From Octopus bimaculoides (lineage: Eukaryota), in the NCBI RefSeq assembly GCF_001194135.2, contig NC_068982.1, forward strand, positions 133,845,039 to 133,909,038: a stretch of 64,000 nt of DNA, read 5' to 3'. Shown here one piece after another: positions 39,933 through 53,619 of this stretch. Each line of letters begins with the position of its first letter. Position 1 is the stretch's first letter. A model generated the notes under the pieces. That model saw only the letters and a list, made by a program, of their open reading frames with translations, had not been told where the DNA came from and did no database searches. The translations under genes and the position numbers were made by a program.

Positions 39933-40959
39933 CTGAAATGAAAGTAAAACTAATATTAACAATTAGATATAGAATAATAAGCTCATGTATCAACACACTT
40001 GTTGATGAAAGAAAATAATAAATGATTTGAGATCTACTCTGCTTCTGTTACTAATATAAATCAATACAAGTATAAAAGATTTCCATCTTGTTTTGACTTT
40101 AAAAATCTGTGACAGTAACTTCTTTGCAGGAAACAAATATCTGAAGTAACACTAAGGTGGTAAGCTGGCAGAATCATTAGCAAGCTGGGCAAAAATGCTT
40201 TGCAGCATGTTGTCCATCTTTATGTTCTGAGTTCAAATCCACCAAGGTCAACTTTGCTTTTCATTCTTTTGAAGTCAATAAAATAAGTACCAGTTAAATT
40301 CTGTGGCTGATGTAGTCAACTTATCCCTGCCCCTGAAATTTTTAGCCTTGCTCTGAAGTAGAACTAACAAGCAGAATCAGTGGAGCATTGGATAGAATAC
40401 CTCATAGTATTTGTAATGACTCTTTGCATGCTGAGTTCAGATCTCACCAAAGTCAACTTTGCCTTTTATCCGTTTGGGGTTGATAGAAAAACACCGATCT
40501 TGGGCAGATGAGTGGTGAAACTGTTATAAGACAAGTCTTGCAACATCTATTTTAATTCTTTGTGTTTTGACAGGAATGCTTGTGATGACACTAGTGCCAA
40601 GTTGTATTGGCTCCAACTTGGTGACCTTTCCTTTGGATAAACATTGATGGAGTGGAGAAGAGAGGCATGCATGCTCGGACAACTGTAAATCCTCCTCAAT
40701 AATATTTTACTCAGACCTCTACACACACGTGAAAGGGCATGATGAGTATAGTTTGTACAAAGATAGACACTATACTCTGAAAACAATTCTATCTATTCCT
40801 TTCTTAAATTTTCAACTGTCTTCTTCAGACAGGGAAAAGAGATATTAAAGAATTTATTGCCAATAACAGACTGCAGGGTTATCCCATGCCAACAAATTAG
40901 AGCTCCTTTATTGGCCAACCACTCCATCATTCCAGACCCCAATGACTTCCTCTTTGTGC

Positions 40960-41400
40960 CATACTATGATGCTTGTGTACAAACAGTATTGCTACAGGGT
41001 AGTGAGATGTGGGCTGTGAATACAGAGGATGTGTGAAGGCCCAAAAGAAATCAAGCTAGCATGTTCCACTGAATGTGCAATGTCAGTGTGCATGTATGAT
41101 AAAATATGTGTTGAGAGAGAAACTGTGCATAAGAGGCATCAGATGAAGTGTACAAGGGAGAAGACTTTCTTGGTATGGTCATGTGATGCATATGGATGAG
41201 GATAGCTGCATAAAACATACTGATCCATAAATGCGTATGGAACCTGTAAAAGAGATAGACCCAGGGAGACATAGGACAAAGCAGTGAAAAGTGACCTTCA
41301 GATGTTGAGCCTCATAGAGATGACAAAGAACTAAGTTGATCAGTGATTTGCTGTGCTTGAGAAGATACACTTATCTAAGCAAAAATGAGGCCCTGAAAGC
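40960..41400 (+). mobile_element. Decayed RTE LINE 3' fragment
   Basis: Nucleotide similarity to the 54.6-55.0 kb RTE copy (tatgatgcttgtgtac...agtgagatgtgggct...tggtatggtcatgtgatg...gacccagggagacatag). Confidence 0.65.
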
Positions 41401-42393
41401 ACATTGCTCATTTTCATGTCCCTTTCTCCAACAACTCCTCCCACAAACATCCTCCCTCCCTCCATTTGTGTTCACAACTCACTGCATTCCCTCACCTCTA
41501 CCTCCTACACTTTTACAAACTTACATGATCACTCACCCCATCTTATCTTCTGTACCATTTATATACCCCTCCCTCGTCAGGGTGTGTCCCAATATCTTCT
41601 TCAAAATCTCCTCTCCCTGCTTTTCTAACTGGGGTAGCTATATATCTCCTCTACTGCAAGACATTTGTTTCTATCCCTCTATTTATACTCTTAACCTCTC
41701 ATCACCTGACATAAAACCTCATCACCTCAATGCTACTGCCTTCTCTGTTAAAGAGTTTTGTCTTGCTAAGTGACCTCACTGATGCTGGTGCCATGGAAAA
41801 AGCATCCAGTACATTCTACAAAATGTTTCGTGTTAGGAAGGGCATGCATTGGGGTCCAATGCCTAAGCAGTGAGTAGTGTTCATTGCAGTCAGTTCCTGT
41901 CAAAGCATCCAACCTATGTCAGCATTGAAAACAGATGTTAAATGATGATGACTGAAAGCAATCATTTCTAGGAAGCTGAGCACTTTGAATGAACCCAAAA
42001 ATATTTGAAGAAAAGGTTCTGCTCTAATCATACAGAGAAAGTACGGACTCTGCAAACTGCAGCAAAGTAACCCATTTAGAAGACTTTGGATAGGCATTGA
42101 TGGTGTAAATAAAAACTGACAGAGCATAGAGATAAGACAGCTGAAGAGTTCTGATGCAGACACCCCTCTGTGTGTTTTATTGTGTCACTGACACCACAGC
42201 CCACATTCTAAAATGGTTGGGCATAGGAAAAGCAACTGAGTGTGAAAGTCATGATATACATATATACAAGAGCAAAGATTGGTAATTGGTTAGTTACCAG
42301 TTGCCATATGTGCCAGAGGAAGAACCTATCCACCCATGCCAATGTAGAAAAAAGAGCATAAAATGATGAATGTGATGAGGATATGAATCATAC

Positions 42394-42498
42394 CTTTAAG
42401 GCTCTTTTCAATCTTTGCTATATATGAGGCAGCATGATCCATGTCCTTTACTCTAAAGTATACAGGACCTTCAATATCTACAGGTATAACAACTACAC
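42394..42498 (-). CDS. ATP1B: Na+/K+-ATPase beta-subunit-like gene, internal exon
   Basis: Acceptor ttatttctccttaatgcag, donor G|gtatga, 105 nt, phase 1 to phase 1. Reads GVVVIPVDIEGPVYFRVKDMDHAASYIAKIEKSLK and is in frame with both neighbouring exons. Confidence 0.8.
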
Positions 42499-42709
42499 CT
42501 GCATTAAGGAGAAATAAGATATTATTTTAGAGTTTTTATAAATATTTTAAAACCATTTAAATAATTGAAATTTATCAAATAATTCATTGGCAACTAGTAA
42601 AATTCAAAGTCAGTAGTAAGAAGTCGTCAAAAGATAACTGTAAAATATAATTTTCATCTCTGTCTGATGACATTTTAAGTGTTTTTATTGTTTCTCAAGC
42701 AACACACAG

Positions 42710-42712
42710 AGA

Positions 42713-42751
<39 letters not shown>

Positions 42752-42761
42752 NNNNNNNNNN

Positions 42762-42802
<41 letters not shown>
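42710..42802. repeat. (GA)n microsatellite with a gap
   Basis: Direct reading. Confidence 0.95.
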
Positions 42803-42805
<3 letters not shown>

Positions 42806-43421
42806 TTGAATGTTTATAATATTGAAGAAGGTGTCAGGATATCTCTGGAGAAGTTTTAATGGGTGAAGTAAAAAAGCAAAGCTACAGCTATTTCTGAAAT
42901 GAACATGCCTACAACAAAATAGAGACAGTGATTATCAAAATCATCATCACCATCATTTAATGTCCATTTTCCATGCTGATATGGGTTGGACGGTTTGACA
43001 GGAGCTGATCAACTGAAGGGCTGTTCAGGCTCCCTGTCTGTTTTGGCATGATTTCTATGGCTGGATGCCCTTCCTAATGCCAACCACTTTACAGTGTACT
43101 GGGTATTTTTACACAGCACCATCACTAGTGTTTTTTATTTGACACCAGCACCCATGAGCCTGCAAGATTAGGGATGCTCAGCTGGAGAGAGTTGCAAGGA
43201 TGACCATGCTTTTACTTAGCTTAACATGTCTAAGTAAAAGTGGTTGTCCTTACAGACAGGCTCATACCCTGCAAACCTCTCTGGCTGAGCATCCCTAATC
43301 TCACAGGCTTGTAGGTGCTGATGCCACATAAAAAGCACCCATACCAGTGCTGCGTAAAAGTAGTCCATTGCAATCAAGCATGCCACCCATGACCATCCTG
43401 TATTTCTAGATACATTGAGAA

Positions 43422-43745
43422 CAATGGTTCTCAATAGGAGTCCATATGACCTCTGACAGGGGTCCATGCAAGCAAATTAGTAAATTGGGGAGTCACAGTA
43501 GTATATTAGGGGTCCCTGAAATAAAATTTTGTTTTAAATGTATTTGTTGCAAGAAACAGCTAGATTTCTTCCTGAAGCCTTTAACTTAGTTCAACTCATA
43601 CAAGTTAATGTGTGAAAAATAAAGTGGGAATTTTGAAAGAAGTAACTCTAAAATTAGGTTTTAAACATCAAATGGCTATGGATGTCCATCAAAATAGAAC
43701 AGTAATCAAAGGGGCCCATAGGTAAAAAATGGTTGAGAACTACTA
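43422..43745. mobile_element. hAT (Charlie-like) MITE
   Basis: Termini caatggttctcaa... and ...gttgagaactacta approximate the CAGTGGTTCTCAAC hAT/Charlie TIR. No exact TSD was found. Confidence 0.55.
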
Positions 43746-43844
43746 ATTTTGAGCAATATTCTTTTCTACTCTAGGCACAAGGCCTGAATTTTTTGGTGGG
43801 GGGGGGGGGCAGTCGATTAGATCAACCCCATTCAATTGCTACAA

Positions 43845-43920
43845 AGGCAAAGGTGATGCCCGATACAAGAATAATTACAGAAGCATCAAATTGCTGGACC
43901 AGGTGATGAAAGTTGCTACC
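43845..43920 (+). mobile_element. Short LINE RT fragment abutting the mariner
   Basis: Reads KGKGDARYKNNYRSIKLLDQVMKV, the KGKGD...NYRxIxLL motif that precedes the RT domain. Confidence 0.6.
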
Positions 43921-44023
43921 TGCTTCAACTTGCTATAAAAGTAGGTACTAATTTTACCTTGTACTTATTCTTAGTGCAAGTTTTGAAGAGTGTAGTTCAA
44001 TTTTAATATTTTTCAAAGCTGTA

Positions 44024-45115
44024 ATGGAAGTGACAAAGGGGCATATTCGGTATATTTTGCTTTATGAGTTCAATAAAGGCAACAAAGCAATGGAAAGTGT
44101 GAAGAATATTAATGCAATATATGGGGATCGGACAATAAGTGTAAGCCAGTGTCAATGGTGGTTCCAGAAATTCTGAGCTGGAAACTACAGCCAAGGAGAC
44201 AAGCCTCATCCTGGAAGATCTGTAGAGCTCAATGAGGACATCCTGCAAACTCTGGTGGAACAAAAAACCATCATAACTGTTGAAGAACTAGCAGAGGAGC
44301 TTGGATTTGGTCATTTAACCATTCATCAGCACCTGCATGCCATTGAAAAAGTCAGCAAATTGGATCAACAGGTTCCTCAAACTTTCTGAGTCTAATCATG
44401 CACAGAGAGTGAATGTATGTTCTTCTTTGTTGTCATGCCTCATGAATGAACCTTTTGGGGACTGAATAGTGACTGGTGGTGACAAATGGGTTCTCTATAA
44501 AAATGTCAAGCCTGTAAACAGTGGGTATGGAAAGGAGAAACACCGGCACCCCAGGCTAAAGAAGGTATTCACCCATATAAGGAGTCGTTATCTGTTTGGT
44601 GGGATATGAAAGGTTTAGTTCACTTTGAACAAACCAAACAATAACAAAGGAGATTTACTGCGAACAGCTTGAGTGGCTTAAGTCAGCACTAGAAGAAAAA
44701 AAACATGTTTGGTTTCAAGATGAAAGGTGTTCTTCCATCAGAATAATGCTCGGCCACATACGGCAAGGATGATATTCCAAAGGCTGAAGCAGTTTGAACA
44801 GCATACGATGCCCCACCCACCATGTTCACCAGACATTGCCCCATCTGATTATCATTTATTCCGCAGTTTTCAAAATCATTTGGATGGAAAAAATAGGAAT
44901 TCTGTAGATGAGGTCAGAACAGTACTGGAGGAGTATTTTGCATTATGGACAAGGGAATTTTGGAAGAGGGGCTTTGCAAGTCTACCAGATAGATGGAAGA
45001 GCATTGTAGAAAATTAAGGAGAGTATATTTTAGATTAAAAATAAAAAAATTTTGTTTGTCTTAATTTTGAAAAATAAAAGATAAAAAAAAACACATAATT
45101 TATGGGATGACCCAA
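44024..45115 (+). mobile_element. Decayed mariner (Tc1/mariner) transposon, 5' TIR missing
   Basis: ATG at 44024 begins MEVTKGHIRYILLYEF...WFQKF*AGN. Later segments include IVTG.DKW, HQNNARPH and HPPCSPDIAPSDYHLFRS. Multiple stops and frameshifts are present. The right TIR ...cataatttatgggatgacccaa is followed by TA. The element lies in an intron of the beta-subunit gene. Confidence 0.92.
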
Positions 45116-45939
45116 TATATATATATCGTATATCATCATCGCTTAATGTCCATTTTCCATGCTGGCATGGATTGGATGGTTTAACAGGTGCTGACAAGCC
45201 AGAGGACTGCATCAAGCTACTATAATTTTTTTTCAGTTACAAGACTGTAGCCATGTTGGAGCACCATCTTGAAGGGTTTAGCCAAACAAATCAACCCCAC
45301 TACTCTTTTGTTCTGTCTGGTACTTATTCTATCTTTTGTCTAACTGTTAAGCTTTGGGGACATAAACAAACACTGGTTGTGAAGTAGTGGTGGGGCACAC
45401 ACACACACACAAATGACAGGCTTCTTTCAGTTTCTGTCTATTCAAATCCACTTACAATGCTTTGGTCAGCCCAGGGCTATAGTAGAAGATAATTGTCTGA
45501 GGAGCCACACAGTGGGTCTGAACCCAGAACCATGTGTTTGGGAAGCAAACTTTTTACCACACAGCCATTCCTGCACCTATATATTTTCATTGTGTATATC
45601 TATGTGTATGTGCATGTGCGTGTATATGAAATGTTCACTTGTCATTTGAATGAAACAATGTTGTTGTTCACATTTCTTTGTTGATGTTATAACTGATTGC
45701 TCTACTCTTTAAAAAAACCAACAGAATAAAAATAAAAATGAAAAAAATATGGAAGAGAATTGGTGACAAGCAGAGTATTTATTTGGTCATAAACTCTTGT
45801 CTCAAAACCAATTCCTGCCCAAGCCATGCTCACAGAGAACAATATGGCTATCAAATAAAGCAATCAATTGGGTTATCAGATGAAGTCATTAATTTATTTT
45901 TCCATTTATTTTAATAATCCTTTATCAATGATTTCAACA

Positions 45940-46030
45940 AATCAATCAATAATATATTCTCCTTCATTGTTCACGACTTCTTGCCAATGTTCCACTCGCT
46001 TGTCAATGTCTTGACGATAAAAGTCACCAC
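45940..46030 (-). mobile_element. Second mariner fragment (transposase C-terminus only)
   Basis: The minus strand reads GDFYRQDIDKRVEHWQEVVNNEGEYIID*, matching the mariner C-terminal FY..GI..L..RW..V..N.GEY pattern. Confidence 0.65.
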
Positions 46031-46672
46031 ATTTTGATTGATTCTTTAAAAATTGTTGATGAAAGATAAGGATTAAAATACATAGAATTAAAAAAGAAAT
46101 GCGTGAATATATCTGACATCACAATACTTATGGGAACATCGTCATCATCATCATCATCATTTAACGTCCGCTTTCCATGCTAGCATGGGTTGGACAATTT
46201 GACTGAGGATTAGCAAGCCAGAAGGCTGCACCAGGCTCCAATCTGATTTGGCAGAGTTTCTACAGCTGGATGCCCTTCCTAACACCAACCACTCTGAGAG
46301 TGTAGTGGGTGCTTTTATGTGCCACCGGTACAAGGTCCAGTCAAACGGTACAGGCAACGGCCATGCTCAAAAAGGTGATGTTTACGTGCCACCTGCATGG
46401 GAGCCAGTCCAGCAGCACTGGCAACGACCTCGCTCGAATGATTTTCTAACGTACCACCAGCACAAGTGCTAGAAGGTGATGCTGGTAACGATTACGCTCA
46501 AATGGTGCTATTTACAGGCCACTAGCACGGAAGCCAGACAGCTGCTCTGGCAATGAACACTCTCGGACAGTGCTGTTAGTGCTCCACTGGTGCAGGTGCC
46601 AGTCATCGAATATGGTTCAATTACGATTATAGAAATATGGAAAATAATTACACACATAATGTTGATATCTAC

Positions 46673-46816
46673 CTGGTGTTCCATTAAGCAGGTTATGAGA
46701 ATCCTTTAGCCTGGGTTCCGACTTTGGAATAATATGGTAGGAAAATATATAGTACATAAATGCACTAAGCAAGAACAATACTATGTAGAAGCAGATATAA
46801 AATAATAAAATCTTGC
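46673..46816 (-). CDS. ATP1B: Na+/K+-ATPase beta-subunit-like gene, transmembrane exon
   Basis: Acceptor tcttttattttcag, donor G|gtagat, 144 nt, phase 1 to phase 1. Reads xKILLFYICFYIVLFLLSAFMYYIFSYHIIPKSEPRLKDSHNLLNGTPG, with the KIxxFYxxFY transmembrane signature of beta subunits and the conserved PG junction. Confidence 0.9.
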
Positions 46817-47326
46817 CTGAAAATAAAAGAATTGATTATCAGTAATTTAAAACATCTATTTTTTATAAATTACATTGCATAAAAACTGTATTTGCAGAAA
46901 CAATATATTAGATTAAAACAGAATACATATTTGAAATTATTTATCCATTTATTTATTTGAAAATGGTAAAAACCTACTAAACTCTACTGTTACTTTTATT
47001 TTGTTAAATGAACATTAGCACATTCATGTTTTACATCCAATGTTTCCATGCTAGCATGGGTTACATAAACACATATTGTTGAAGCTTTCTTTTAAAATGG
47101 GTACCCTTCCTGCCACAAATCCTTTACCTGCTTTTCAAGCAAGGGAGTTTTTAATTCCACAGAATTGCTGGATAACTTATCAACAGGGAAATGATAATGA
47201 AGAAAACTGACTGTAGCTCATGAAGTCACAGAATACAACATTTTCAACATTCTCAGACACACACACACATAAGATTGCAAGACATTAAATGATGATGACC
47301 CAGGAAGACATGGAATGCAGTGGTGA

Positions 47327-47640
47327 AGCATGATCTTTGAATGTTGGGCCCCACAGAGGCGATGACAAGTGACCGAGACCTTTGGTAATATGCCATGCTT
47401 GAGAAGACTCATCAAACCAATTGAGATAGTATTTGTGACCATTGCTGGTGTCATGTAAATAGCACCCGTGACATCGTAACTGTGGCCATTGCCAGTAGCA
47501 TGATCTTTGAATGTTGGGCCCCACAGAGGTGATGACAAGTGACTGAGACCTTTGACGATATGCTGTGCTTGAGAAGACTCATCAAGTCAAGTGAAATCAT
47601 AGTCATGGTCATTGCCAGTGTCATACAAATGGCACCCGTG
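47327..47640 (+). repeat. 170-bp tandem duplication within an RTE 3' region
   Basis: agcatgatctttgaatgttgggccccacagagg...gcacccgtgaca starts at 47327 and again at 47497. Confidence 0.85.
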
Positions 47641-49048
47641 ACAGTGGCACATAAAAAGCACCCATTACACTCTTGGAGTGGTTGGCATTAGAAAGAGTAT
47701 CCAGCTATAGAAATCATGTCAAATCAGACCGGAACCTGGTGCAACTCTTTGGCATATCAGTTCCAGTCAAACCGTCTAACCCATGCCAGCATGTAAAGCA
47801 GACATTGAATGATGATGATGATGATGATGATGATAAAAAATTTATTAAAATAATTTTGATATCAAGCTGGTGCTTGGAATATGAATTAACATGAAATTTT
47901 GATGGTTTTAATTTAAATGACTTCAAAATTTGCATCATAGAACCAGGAGAGATACCAGGCTATTTGGTAACAAAAGGGTTTAAGAATTGTATTTACATCA
48001 CTAAGTTCTACAATATTCGACAACTGAAAGTAAACATACAAAGTGAAACCTGAGCCCTGGAATTGGACACACTTAGCCATATCATGAAAAATGCACAGGA
48101 AAAACACACACACGTGATATAGCAAAAAAGGTCATTTGTGTAACATAATTTTCCATAAATTGACCAAAAATGTTTAAATGTAATATTGTTATATACAGAA
48201 ATATTTCATTTAATAAATAAATAATTCAGTTTTGGACAATATGTAAGGAAAGAATGCATTCTAAAGTGAATCAGTTCTGATGAGAAAAGATTTGGTAAAA
48301 GTGTTTAATACAGAGTCAGAGATGAGATATAGCAAGAAAAATGAAAGAAACAGAAATTTAGAACATCAGCTGGATTCATATGTATGTATGTATGTATGGA
48401 TACATACATTCATGTGACAGGGTTAGTAATTTCAGAAGTGAAGGCATCGTAAGTAATGTTAGAAAAGTGAAGAATGTTTAGTGAATAATTGTGCATAGTG
48501 GGTGTGTCTTCGCAGATAGGAGAGCAGGATGAAGAATGCTGGGATTTTAAAGGCTTGACTGTCATTCAGAGCAGAAATATTTTGGGGTACTCAAGGAAAA
48601 AAAATTTGCTTTTGCACTGTAATATTATCCTTCAAGTACATATGGGATTTCCGTGAGAGTTAGTCAGAGACTGTTAAACTTAGAATGTATAGAGGAGACA
48701 GAAGTGGTGCAGCGCCATTTCCTTGAAACATGTAGTATCTGAGAGAAATTTAATTTAAATAGATCATATTCCTCATACCATGCTAAAAATAAATTTTTAA
48801 AAAAAAACACAAAATTTGTAATACTACAGTTTTATAGTAGCAAAATCATGTTTTTCAACCAATGTTTATTTCATTTTATTTGTCCATTTCATTATATTTC
48901 TTCGTTTATTTTTTGACATTCATCTTTCTTGACAGGAATAAAATATAATACTTGTGATATGCAACAAACTGTAAACCCTCAGCACTTTGTAAACTCAGTC
49001 ATTTGCAACTCATAATGCTATTTTAGATTTGATATTAATAAAAAGCAG

Positions 49049-49500
49049 AAGGTGGTGAGCTGGTAGAATCGTTAGCATGCCGAGCGAAATGCATAGCGGT
49101 ATTTTGACCATCTTTATGTTCTGAGTTCAAATTCTGCTGAGGTTGACTTTGCCCTTCGTCCTTTTAGGGGTTGATGAATTAAGTACCAGTTCCATACTGG
49201 AGTTGATCTAATCGACTGGCCCCCTCCCTCCAAATTTCAGGCCTTGTGCCTATAGTAGAAAGGATTAATAAAAAGCAAGACAAAGGCAGTGAGCTGGCAG
49301 AATCATTAGCATGCAAAGCAAAATGCTTTGCAGTATTTCAGCCATCATTACTTTCTGAGTTCGAATTCTGCCAAGGTTGATTTTGCCTTTCGTCCTTTTG
49401 AGGTCAATAAAATAAGTACCAATTGAGCATCAGGGTTGATGTAATCGACTTGCTCCTCCCCTAAAATTACTGGCCTTGTGCCAAAATTTGAAACCTCTAA
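49049..49500 (+). mobile_element. Two tandem copies of the ~210-bp SINE
   Basis: Two well-preserved head-to-tail units start at ~49049 and ~49285. Confidence 0.85.
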
Positions 49501-52500
49501 AAGCAGGACAATGTCCAGTCCTTCAAATTTACTTTGAATGGTCATGGCTTCAACTTCAGATGCTACATTAATTCACTCTTCTTATACAGTTTCTTTTTCA
49601 CTTTTTGCAGACACTGCCTGACAATTTTAACTTCAGTTGAAACATACATTATAGATCCACCATTTTCTAATGACTTCTATATTTTCCAAATGCTAGATTT
49701 CTTTTTTTCTTAAATTTTTCACTGTCTAAAAATATTTAGCTGTAAGTCAAATTACAATAACTTACTTCGCCAATTTTTGACATTATTCTTAAGCATGTGT
49801 ACATATGTGTATTCTTACATAGAAACACAGTTTAATTGTATCTATTGTAAAATTTTATAAATTTTCTTATTAGTCAATCAGAAAGATAGGGCATTGACCA
49901 AGTCCTTCATAAGCTTACTCAAACTGGAGATTAATAGGGGTTCATGTTTAGTTTAAGCAGCTATAGAAATCAATAGAAAAGCATAAACGAATAGGGAATT
50001 TTCAGATGATTACTGCTCTGAGAGCTTAGTGCAAGATCAGTGGAGAAGATGTGCAGTAGAGGAGACAAAACAGGAGATATGGGAGGGGTGAGTGAGAAAG
50101 GGAGTGAGAGAGAGAGAGAGACTGGTGTCAAAATACCATCAGTAAATCTCTTCATAAGACATTGTGCATTTGCCCTTTAAATGAACTTTTTTTTTACTGA
50201 ATTACCCCCCTCCCCCATCCCCCATCAGGTTATTGAACTCTGACAGCATAATCAAAGTAAAATCTCAACTCATGAAAAGACATTGAGTACAGTGGACCCG
50301 GATGGCAAATACACATATTGTGCAATAAATAGATTTACAATTGATTAGTTTAGTTCAAACATCAATTTATGAGTTCTCCAGGAAATTGCAGGAAATGACA
50401 ATCTTATCATAATGATTAATAAAGAGAGAAGAAAAATATCAATCATCATTAAAATTGAAATTCTGTCAAGATATGTAAATTGGACAAGAATTTAAAATAT
50501 TATGGCTGAATACTTATAAGAATATCTTTAGACGGAAGATAATCACACACTCATATATACAGACAGATACATACATGCATACAAGCAAAGCATAATGATC
50601 TAATAAGAATCTCAGAGTAAAACTTTATATTTTTCACATGACCAAAATTATAATAAAAGAAAGTAACTTGTTTAAAGCCAGAAATATATTTTAGCTGTAA
50701 AGAGGTATGAAAACAAATTAGAGTATAAGGAAAATAACATATGCTTCTTTCGCACAAAACAATTGTAGAAAGGAAAACAGTAGCATTCCTGAAAGGCAAA
50801 CAGCCACTGACACAGTCCAATCACTGCTTATTGTCAAGCTACATCCTCTCTTGTCACTTCTATTGCTACGATAAGGGCCTCTACTATCTTGTGCAATCTA
50901 AATGCTTCATCATGTAATTGCCTCTCTTGATTATTTCTCTTGTGATAATTACATCGACATTTATGTTTTTCTCACTCAACACTTCTCTGAGCCTCTGAAA
51001 CTGGTAGTAAAAAAAAAATAACCCCAAATATCTTCAGAGTAGAGACCTACCCTACCGTTTGCAACAGTATGAACCTGACAAAAGGTATCCAAACGCTAAG
51101 TTGTGATGTTAAACTAAGCAACTTATTCAGTCTATCACAGACTAGTTAATGCCAATTCCAAAAGTGGGGAAGATTTCAAATGGCTACATCTACTCCCATT
51201 TCTCCACAGATTTATAAATAAAAAGACAATCATTAAAGTTGAACTGGTTAAACAAGATCAGTTCTTAGAATGGTGATTGTTGCTGTAATTTTATTTCTTT
51301 CCAAGAATTGCAATAGCTGAATGCATGTCAGCTTCTTGTCTAAATGATTGAGTTTCTACTAATTTAACACCAGAGCTACACTATATTTCTAAGAAGTCAA
51401 TGAACTTTGCAGACATGGTCCACCTAGTTAAAAATCAAACAGCATCATGGAGTGATTAATTACCAACAACAACACCTCCAGAAGCATTTGATTGATGAAC
51501 AACGATTCAACTGTTTGCTATACTGAATTTGATGTCAGATGCAGTTAATCTTGCTATTATCCATTCTCACTATAAGGTTATAGACAGTGAAACAACAACA
51601 GAACAGATTTTCAACAATACTGGGAAATATTTAATTGAGTCTAGATATATTATAAGAAGTCCACTGATTGTTGGCTTTATACCAATCTTTCCATGTTAAA
51701 AGAAATCATGCACATATGTCTGCTGAAAGAACTGTCATACTCAATGCTGAGTGGCAGCTAACACTGGTGTTCATTTGAAAGCAAAGCTGTTTAAAGCACT
51801 ATTCAGCAATGCCCCAGATAATTTAAGAGTTGAGATAGATTAACTCTTTCACAAGTGAAAAGGTAATGAAGAAAAAAAAAAAACAAGAAAAAAGGAATAA
51901 GAAATGTTTTCTTAAAATTTTTTTAGTGAAGTCACTTGAAAAGAATTTCACGTCTTTCTTCAAATGTCTGTTCATTCAGAACACACTAATGTTAGTGTGT
52001 TTATTTTTAAGTATATATTTATAAATCTATCCAACTATGGTACAGAAGAACAATAGGTTAAGCTATCATATATCATTTAAAATATCCCAAGAAAGAAAGA
52101 AAATGTTTCAAGCTGTTAAGATGAAAACACCAATCTAGAAAAATAGAGGGCGGAGCTTCAGAATAAACATGTTCTCCCGCCCAGACTTTATTATTTGTGT
52201 TCATGATATTTTTACAGATTTCTATACTTTAAAACATCAGAAATTGTGATTCAACAAAAGAAAAAAAAGATGAAAACTCAAAATTCTAATTTTTTCCTTC
52301 TTCTATCCATTGCCTTCTCCATTTCAGAGTAATCAACTGTAGCTTTCTCCTTTTGAGTTTTGTAATTTCTTTGGTTCTGAAATGTACGTTTTAACCACTG
52401 GAAATTATTACATCATCATCATTGTTTTAATGTCCCCTTCTCCAAGCTACATGGGGTAGACAAAGTTCATCAAGGCAGATTTTCTGTGGGCAGATTCCTT

Positions 52501-52911
52501 TCATGTTGTCAGCCCACACTTGTTTCCAAGAAAAGTAGCATTACCCTTTGGCAAGATGTCTTCACAGACTAGAAATAAATGACATCACTTACAAATATCA
52601 CACAATGCCAAAGAGAGAAAAGCCCCTCCCTCACATACACAACAGGCTTCTTTCAGTTTCCATCTACCAAATCCATTCACAAGGATTTGTTTAGTCTGAG
52701 GCTCTAGTAGAAGACACCCAAGGTACAAAACAATGAGATTGAACCTGAAACCCTGTGGCTGGAAAGTAAAATTTTCAACCACACAACCATGCCAGAGTCT
52801 TTATATCAATTGTAAAATTTTATAATTTTATTTATAATTCTGCAAAAATGATTTTCACAGTAATTCAATTTTGCTTTTAATTTCCTAACATATCCATTTC
52901 AGAATACCAAT

Positions 52912-53300
52912 TTTATTCTTTTACTTGTTTCAGTCATTTGACTGTGGCCATGCTGGAGCACTGCCTTTAGTCAAACAAATTGACCCCAAGACTTATTTTT
53001 TGTAAGCCTAGTATTTAATGTATCAGTTCCTTTTGCCAAACTGCTAAGTTACAGGGAACGTACACACACCAGCATCAGTTGTCAAGTGATGGTGGGGGGA
53101 CAAACACAGACACACAAGCACACACACACACACATACAACGGACTTCTTTCAGTTTCCGTTTACCAAATCCACTCCCAAAGCTTTGGTCAGCCTGAGGCT
53201 ATAGTAGAAGACACTTGCCCAAGGTGCCACACAGTGGGACTGAACTCGGAACCATGTGGTTGGAAATCAAGTTACTTACCACACAGCCACTCCTGCGCCT
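52912..53300 (-). mobile_element. tRNA-derived SINE (same family as 36137-36526)
   Basis: Collinear similarity along its full length with the 36.1-36.5 kb copy. The head reads aggcgcaggagtggctgtgtggtaag on the minus strand. Confidence 0.85.
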
Positions 53301-53448
53301 AATGTATCTTTTTACTTCTGATTTATAAGAATTTCTGATCCCCCACTCCCCTAAAACACAAATTCAATATTGTTCTGAAAAGGTTAACTACAGGGAAGGT
53401 ACATTATTTACATTCGATGGATATTTGTCCTCATCTTGTCTGTTGTTA

Positions 53449-53493
53449 ATACAACGTTTCAGCTGATATACCCTCCAGCCTTCTTCAGATGTC
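53449..53493 (-). ncRNA. Minimal type I hammerhead ribozyme motif (inverted copy)
   Basis: Minus strand gacat-CTGAAGA-a-GGCTG-gagggtatat-CAGCT-GAAAC-GTT-gtatt. The CUGANGA and GAAA cores are intact, with a terminal G-U pair in stem II. Confidence 0.6.
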
Positions 53494-53619
53494 TTGGGGA
53501 AATTTTGAACCTGGGTTCTCATTCCTAAGGTATTTTTCGATGTTGTTGTTATTATTATTGTTGTTGTTGTTGTCGAAAAATACCTTAGGAATGAGAACCC
53601 AGGTTCGAAATTTCCCCAA

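Noticed and set aside
49577-49649. Candidate first coding exon of the beta gene (MYVSTEVKIVRQCLQKVKKKLYKK, phase-1 donor A|gtgaat)
   Set aside because: The phase fits, but it lacks the conserved GRT..SW motif and the donor is weak. It could easily be chance.
50820-51800. Possible decayed DNA-transposase sequence on the minus strand (QEAD-like motif)
   Set aside because: Too degraded to assign a family without a profile search.
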